DNA of 64,000 nucleotides from an uncultured bacterium (GTDB lineage Bacteria; Babelota; Babeliae; Babelales; Babelaceae): NCBI GenBank assembly GCA_963722385.1, contig CAVRKK010000002.1, positions 576,001 to 640,000 of the forward strand, read 5' to 3'. Shown piece by piece: positions 61,702 to 64,000 of this stretch (position 1 is its first letter; each line of letters starts with the position of its first letter). The notes under the pieces were generated by a model. It saw only the letters and a program-made list of their open reading frames with translations, ran no database searches and was not told where the DNA came from. The position numbers and the translations under genes were made by a program.

Positions 61702-62001
61702 CTATGGATGGGGGATAATGGCAACTATGGAAATAATATCTTTTCCTGGACCGTAATACCAAAATACTCGATAAGCACCTGGAGTTTTTTGTTGCGCATA
61801 GGCTTCAAAAACTTTTTCTCCATTGGGTCCCTTAAATCTACTATACTCGTGAGTATTGAGGGAAGGGTGCCTTAGATTTGTCTCCATCAATTCTAACGTT
61901 TTTAGGACAGCTTTAAGAACCTTTTTTTTTGATGAGTCTTGTTCTAAAACAGCTAAATCCTGATCCCCTTGCTCTGTAAAAACGATTTTTCTTTGCACCA
62001 T
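61702..62001 (-). CDS. Putative RelE/ParE-like type II toxin
   Basis: 99 aa, RHPSLNTHEY...FEAY...YRVFWYY, 3 bp downstream of an RHH gene. Confidence 0.65.
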   Translation of the reverse strand: MVQRKIVFTEQGDQDLAVLEQDSSKKKVLKAVLKTLELMETNLRHPSLNTHEYSRFKGPNGEKVFEAYAQQKTPGAYRVFWYYGPGKDIISIVAIIPHP

Positions 62002-62004
62002 CAG

Positions 62005-62307
62005 CTACCGTTTCTTAGGCTTGGCAAATGATCCTCTATATATGGTCGCCTTTTGCTTTAATCCTTTTTCTATATGTTCTATAAGGTTTTTATTTGCAGG
62101 ATCGTAGACCCATAGCTCATGGTCTGGTATTTGTTTTTTTTTCGTTGAAGACTTTGGCCGTCTAGAGGGTGTTTGCGTAGATATCCATTCATCAATAGAT
62201 TCAAGGATTATTTGCCTTAAAGTTTTGCCCCGCAAAGCAGCTAGTGCTTTTAGTTGTTTATGATAGTCAGTTGGAATATCGAGAGATATGCGTGTTTTTT
62301 CGCTCAT
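62005..62307 (-). CDS. Putative antitoxin with ribbon-helix-helix N-terminus
   Basis: TRISLDIPTDYHKQLKALAALRGKTLRQII. Confidence 0.65.
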   Translation of the reverse strand: MSEKTRISLDIPTDYHKQLKALAALRGKTLRQIILESIDEWISTQTPSRRPKSSTKKKQIPDHELWVYDPANKNLIEHIEKGLKQKATIYRGSFAKPKKR

Positions 62308-62702
62308 GATTAGCCTTAATCAGTGGTTAGGATAATAATTATTATATTATCTAAGCTGAAATAAGTAAATACTCAAATACTTATTTGACTAAGGAGTAAT
62401 GATTTGCTCAATCAAAAGCGATACTCTCTTATGAAACAGCTCGGCATAGGCAATTCATGTTTCAGGTAACAGCTAAGCCCGCTGTTTAGGCGGGCTTGCT
62501 CTTGTGGACCGGCCATGTTTCAGACACTTGGCCACAATGTTTTATTTCGCTACTAGATCAAAGACGTACCTAATTATATAACAATCCAAAACAAAGTCAA
62601 GCAAAATCTTACATATTTTACAAAATAAGACAAAATTGCTTATTTTTGCACAACATGATACAATTTTTTGAATCTTTAAGATCATTACTCAGGGAGAAAA
62701 AA

Positions 62703-62933
62703 ATGGCAGGATATAGCTACAAAGAACTTCTGGATAAAAAGAATCAAGATGCAATCCGTGAGAGACTACTTATTGTTAACAGAAAAACAGGACTATCAAT
62801 TGCTAAAATGTCCGCTCAAATTGGTATAAGCCCAACGACATTACGCTCATTTCTGGTCGATGAAAAGAAAGCAATATATGCGGTTATATCAAAAATCTTG
62901 GGTTTTATTGAACAACACGAAATAGACAACTGA
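62703..62933 (+). CDS. Small XRE-like helix-turn-helix protein
   Basis: GLSIAKMSAQIGISPTTLRSF; GGGAG RBS. Confidence 0.7.
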   Translation: MAGYSYKELLDKKNQDAIRERLLIVNRKTGLSIAKMSAQIGISPTTLRSFLVDEKKAIYAVISKILGFIEQHEIDN

Positions 62934-63267
62934 ACAATGTCGGCAAAGCGTTGCCTTTTTAATTAAGGTTGCTTGAATATTCAAGCCTTGATTGCTGTAG
63001 CTTGCGAACCGCTTCTATAAGCGGAAGCTTTGTTATCTATCATAAGAGTTTACGCTTTAAGCTTTATGTTAACTTATGCTCTTTGACTTATGACGGTGAT
63101 AAGTTAAAATAAAGCTATAGCTAAATATTTTTCATTAGAGATATTTGAAATACTTCTGCTGCATGAAGTAGAATTTTTAAAAACAGAGGAGATCCCGATC
63201 GGCTATTTTTGAGGCAAGCTCAATCGTTGATGAAGCCAAGAAACAATTTACAAAAAAGGAGAGGCAG

Positions 63268-63968
63268 ATGAAGAAAAACTTTGTCCTATATGGGTGTTCT
63301 TGGGGTTATTCGGCCTGATTGCCGGCGACACTCTGAGCAAGCCCGACTCCGCACAAAAAGTGCGGCATGGATCAACTGGTGCAGGTTCCACCTGGCTCAA
63401 CGGGCTCAACGGGCTCGACAGGATCAACTGGCAGGACTGGGTCAACAGGTTCTACAGGCATTACTGGCCCCACTGGTGAACCTACCCTCGAACCAGCGCA
63501 TAAGCCTTTACAGTAATTCAGCACAATCAGCCCCAGCTAATACTGCTGTTACCATTAACACCCTTAATGTAGCAGCTGCACTAAACGGTTGGACTCTCGA
63601 TGCCAACAGCATGGATTTTTCATCAACAGCCACTGGTGTATATCTGGTTAATTACCAAATATCAATTGCAACATCGGTTGAACTCGCGGGATCAGCTACC
63701 GTAGCTTCGCGAGTTACCCTGGATGGCGTTGAAGTACAAGGAAGTTTTGCAGGGTTAACCCAGACATTGAGCGTGGGCGCTCTGCAACATCTTACCCTCG
63801 CAAGAAGCTTTATCATGAATTATAATACTGCCGGCCAAACCGTGAACGTCCAGTTTACTTGCGAAGCGACAGTAGCAATTGATAACTGCGCATTGGCATT
63901 CGATGCCAACTTCTTCTTCGTTTGTTACGCCAGTAAGTGCCACAGTTACTATTGTAAGGATAGCTTAA
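63268..63968 (+). pseudogene. Frameshifted collagen-like (GXT repeat) protein with BclA-like C-terminal domain
   Basis: Fragments in different frames: signal peptide, (GST)4-GRT-GST-GST-GIT-GPT-GEP, ...TGVYLVNYQI..., SATVTIVRIA*. Confidence 0.7.
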
Positions 63969-64000
63969 TAGAAAGCAGACCAGCCAATATGTTTGGCTGG

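Noticed and set aside
62474..62498. AAGCCCGC-tgtttag-GCGGGCTT hairpin as an IS605 end
   Set aside because: It resembles such ends but has no accompanying tnpB remnant or partner end, and could be an ordinary terminator.
1..64000. tRNA or rRNA genes
   Set aside because: No cloverleaf or rRNA signatures recognised by eye; a tRNAscan/Infernal run would be needed to exclude them fully.

Overview
Bacterial chromosomal window. The very large ankyrin-repeat genes, many signal-peptide hypotheticals and eukaryote-like domains suggest an intracellular protist parasite such as Dependentiae/TM6 (inference, not proven). Housekeeping genes: tdk, mutY, an M16 peptidase, pgsA, bcp, comEC, udg, nusA, infB, a WecA/TagO-like GT4, nfo, ybeY, hisS, ndk, secA and pgeF. 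A strong oriC candidate lies at about 21.09-21.41 kb, with eight TTATCCACCAC boxes and an AT-rich tract. Four paralogous secreted ankyrin genes are built from DARPin-like N-cap/variable-repeat/C-cap cassettes with near-identical DNA and hypervariable binding-face codons. Three sit in tandem on the minus strand at the left and one on the plus strand at the right. The outermost left gene and the right gene are inverted and nearly equidistant from the oriC candidate, suggesting a recombination-shuffled binder library. Other features: several IS200/IS605 (tnpB/omegaRNA) remnants; beta-propeller surface proteins with eukaryote-like anchors, including a recurring TM + RGSVN[FY] tail; a collagen-galactosyltransferase-like/methyltransferase fusion; signal-peptide-bearing NDK and J-domain proteins; a putative TA pair; and pseudogene fragments (wHTH, hicA, GT32, collagen-like) missed by the ORF track.
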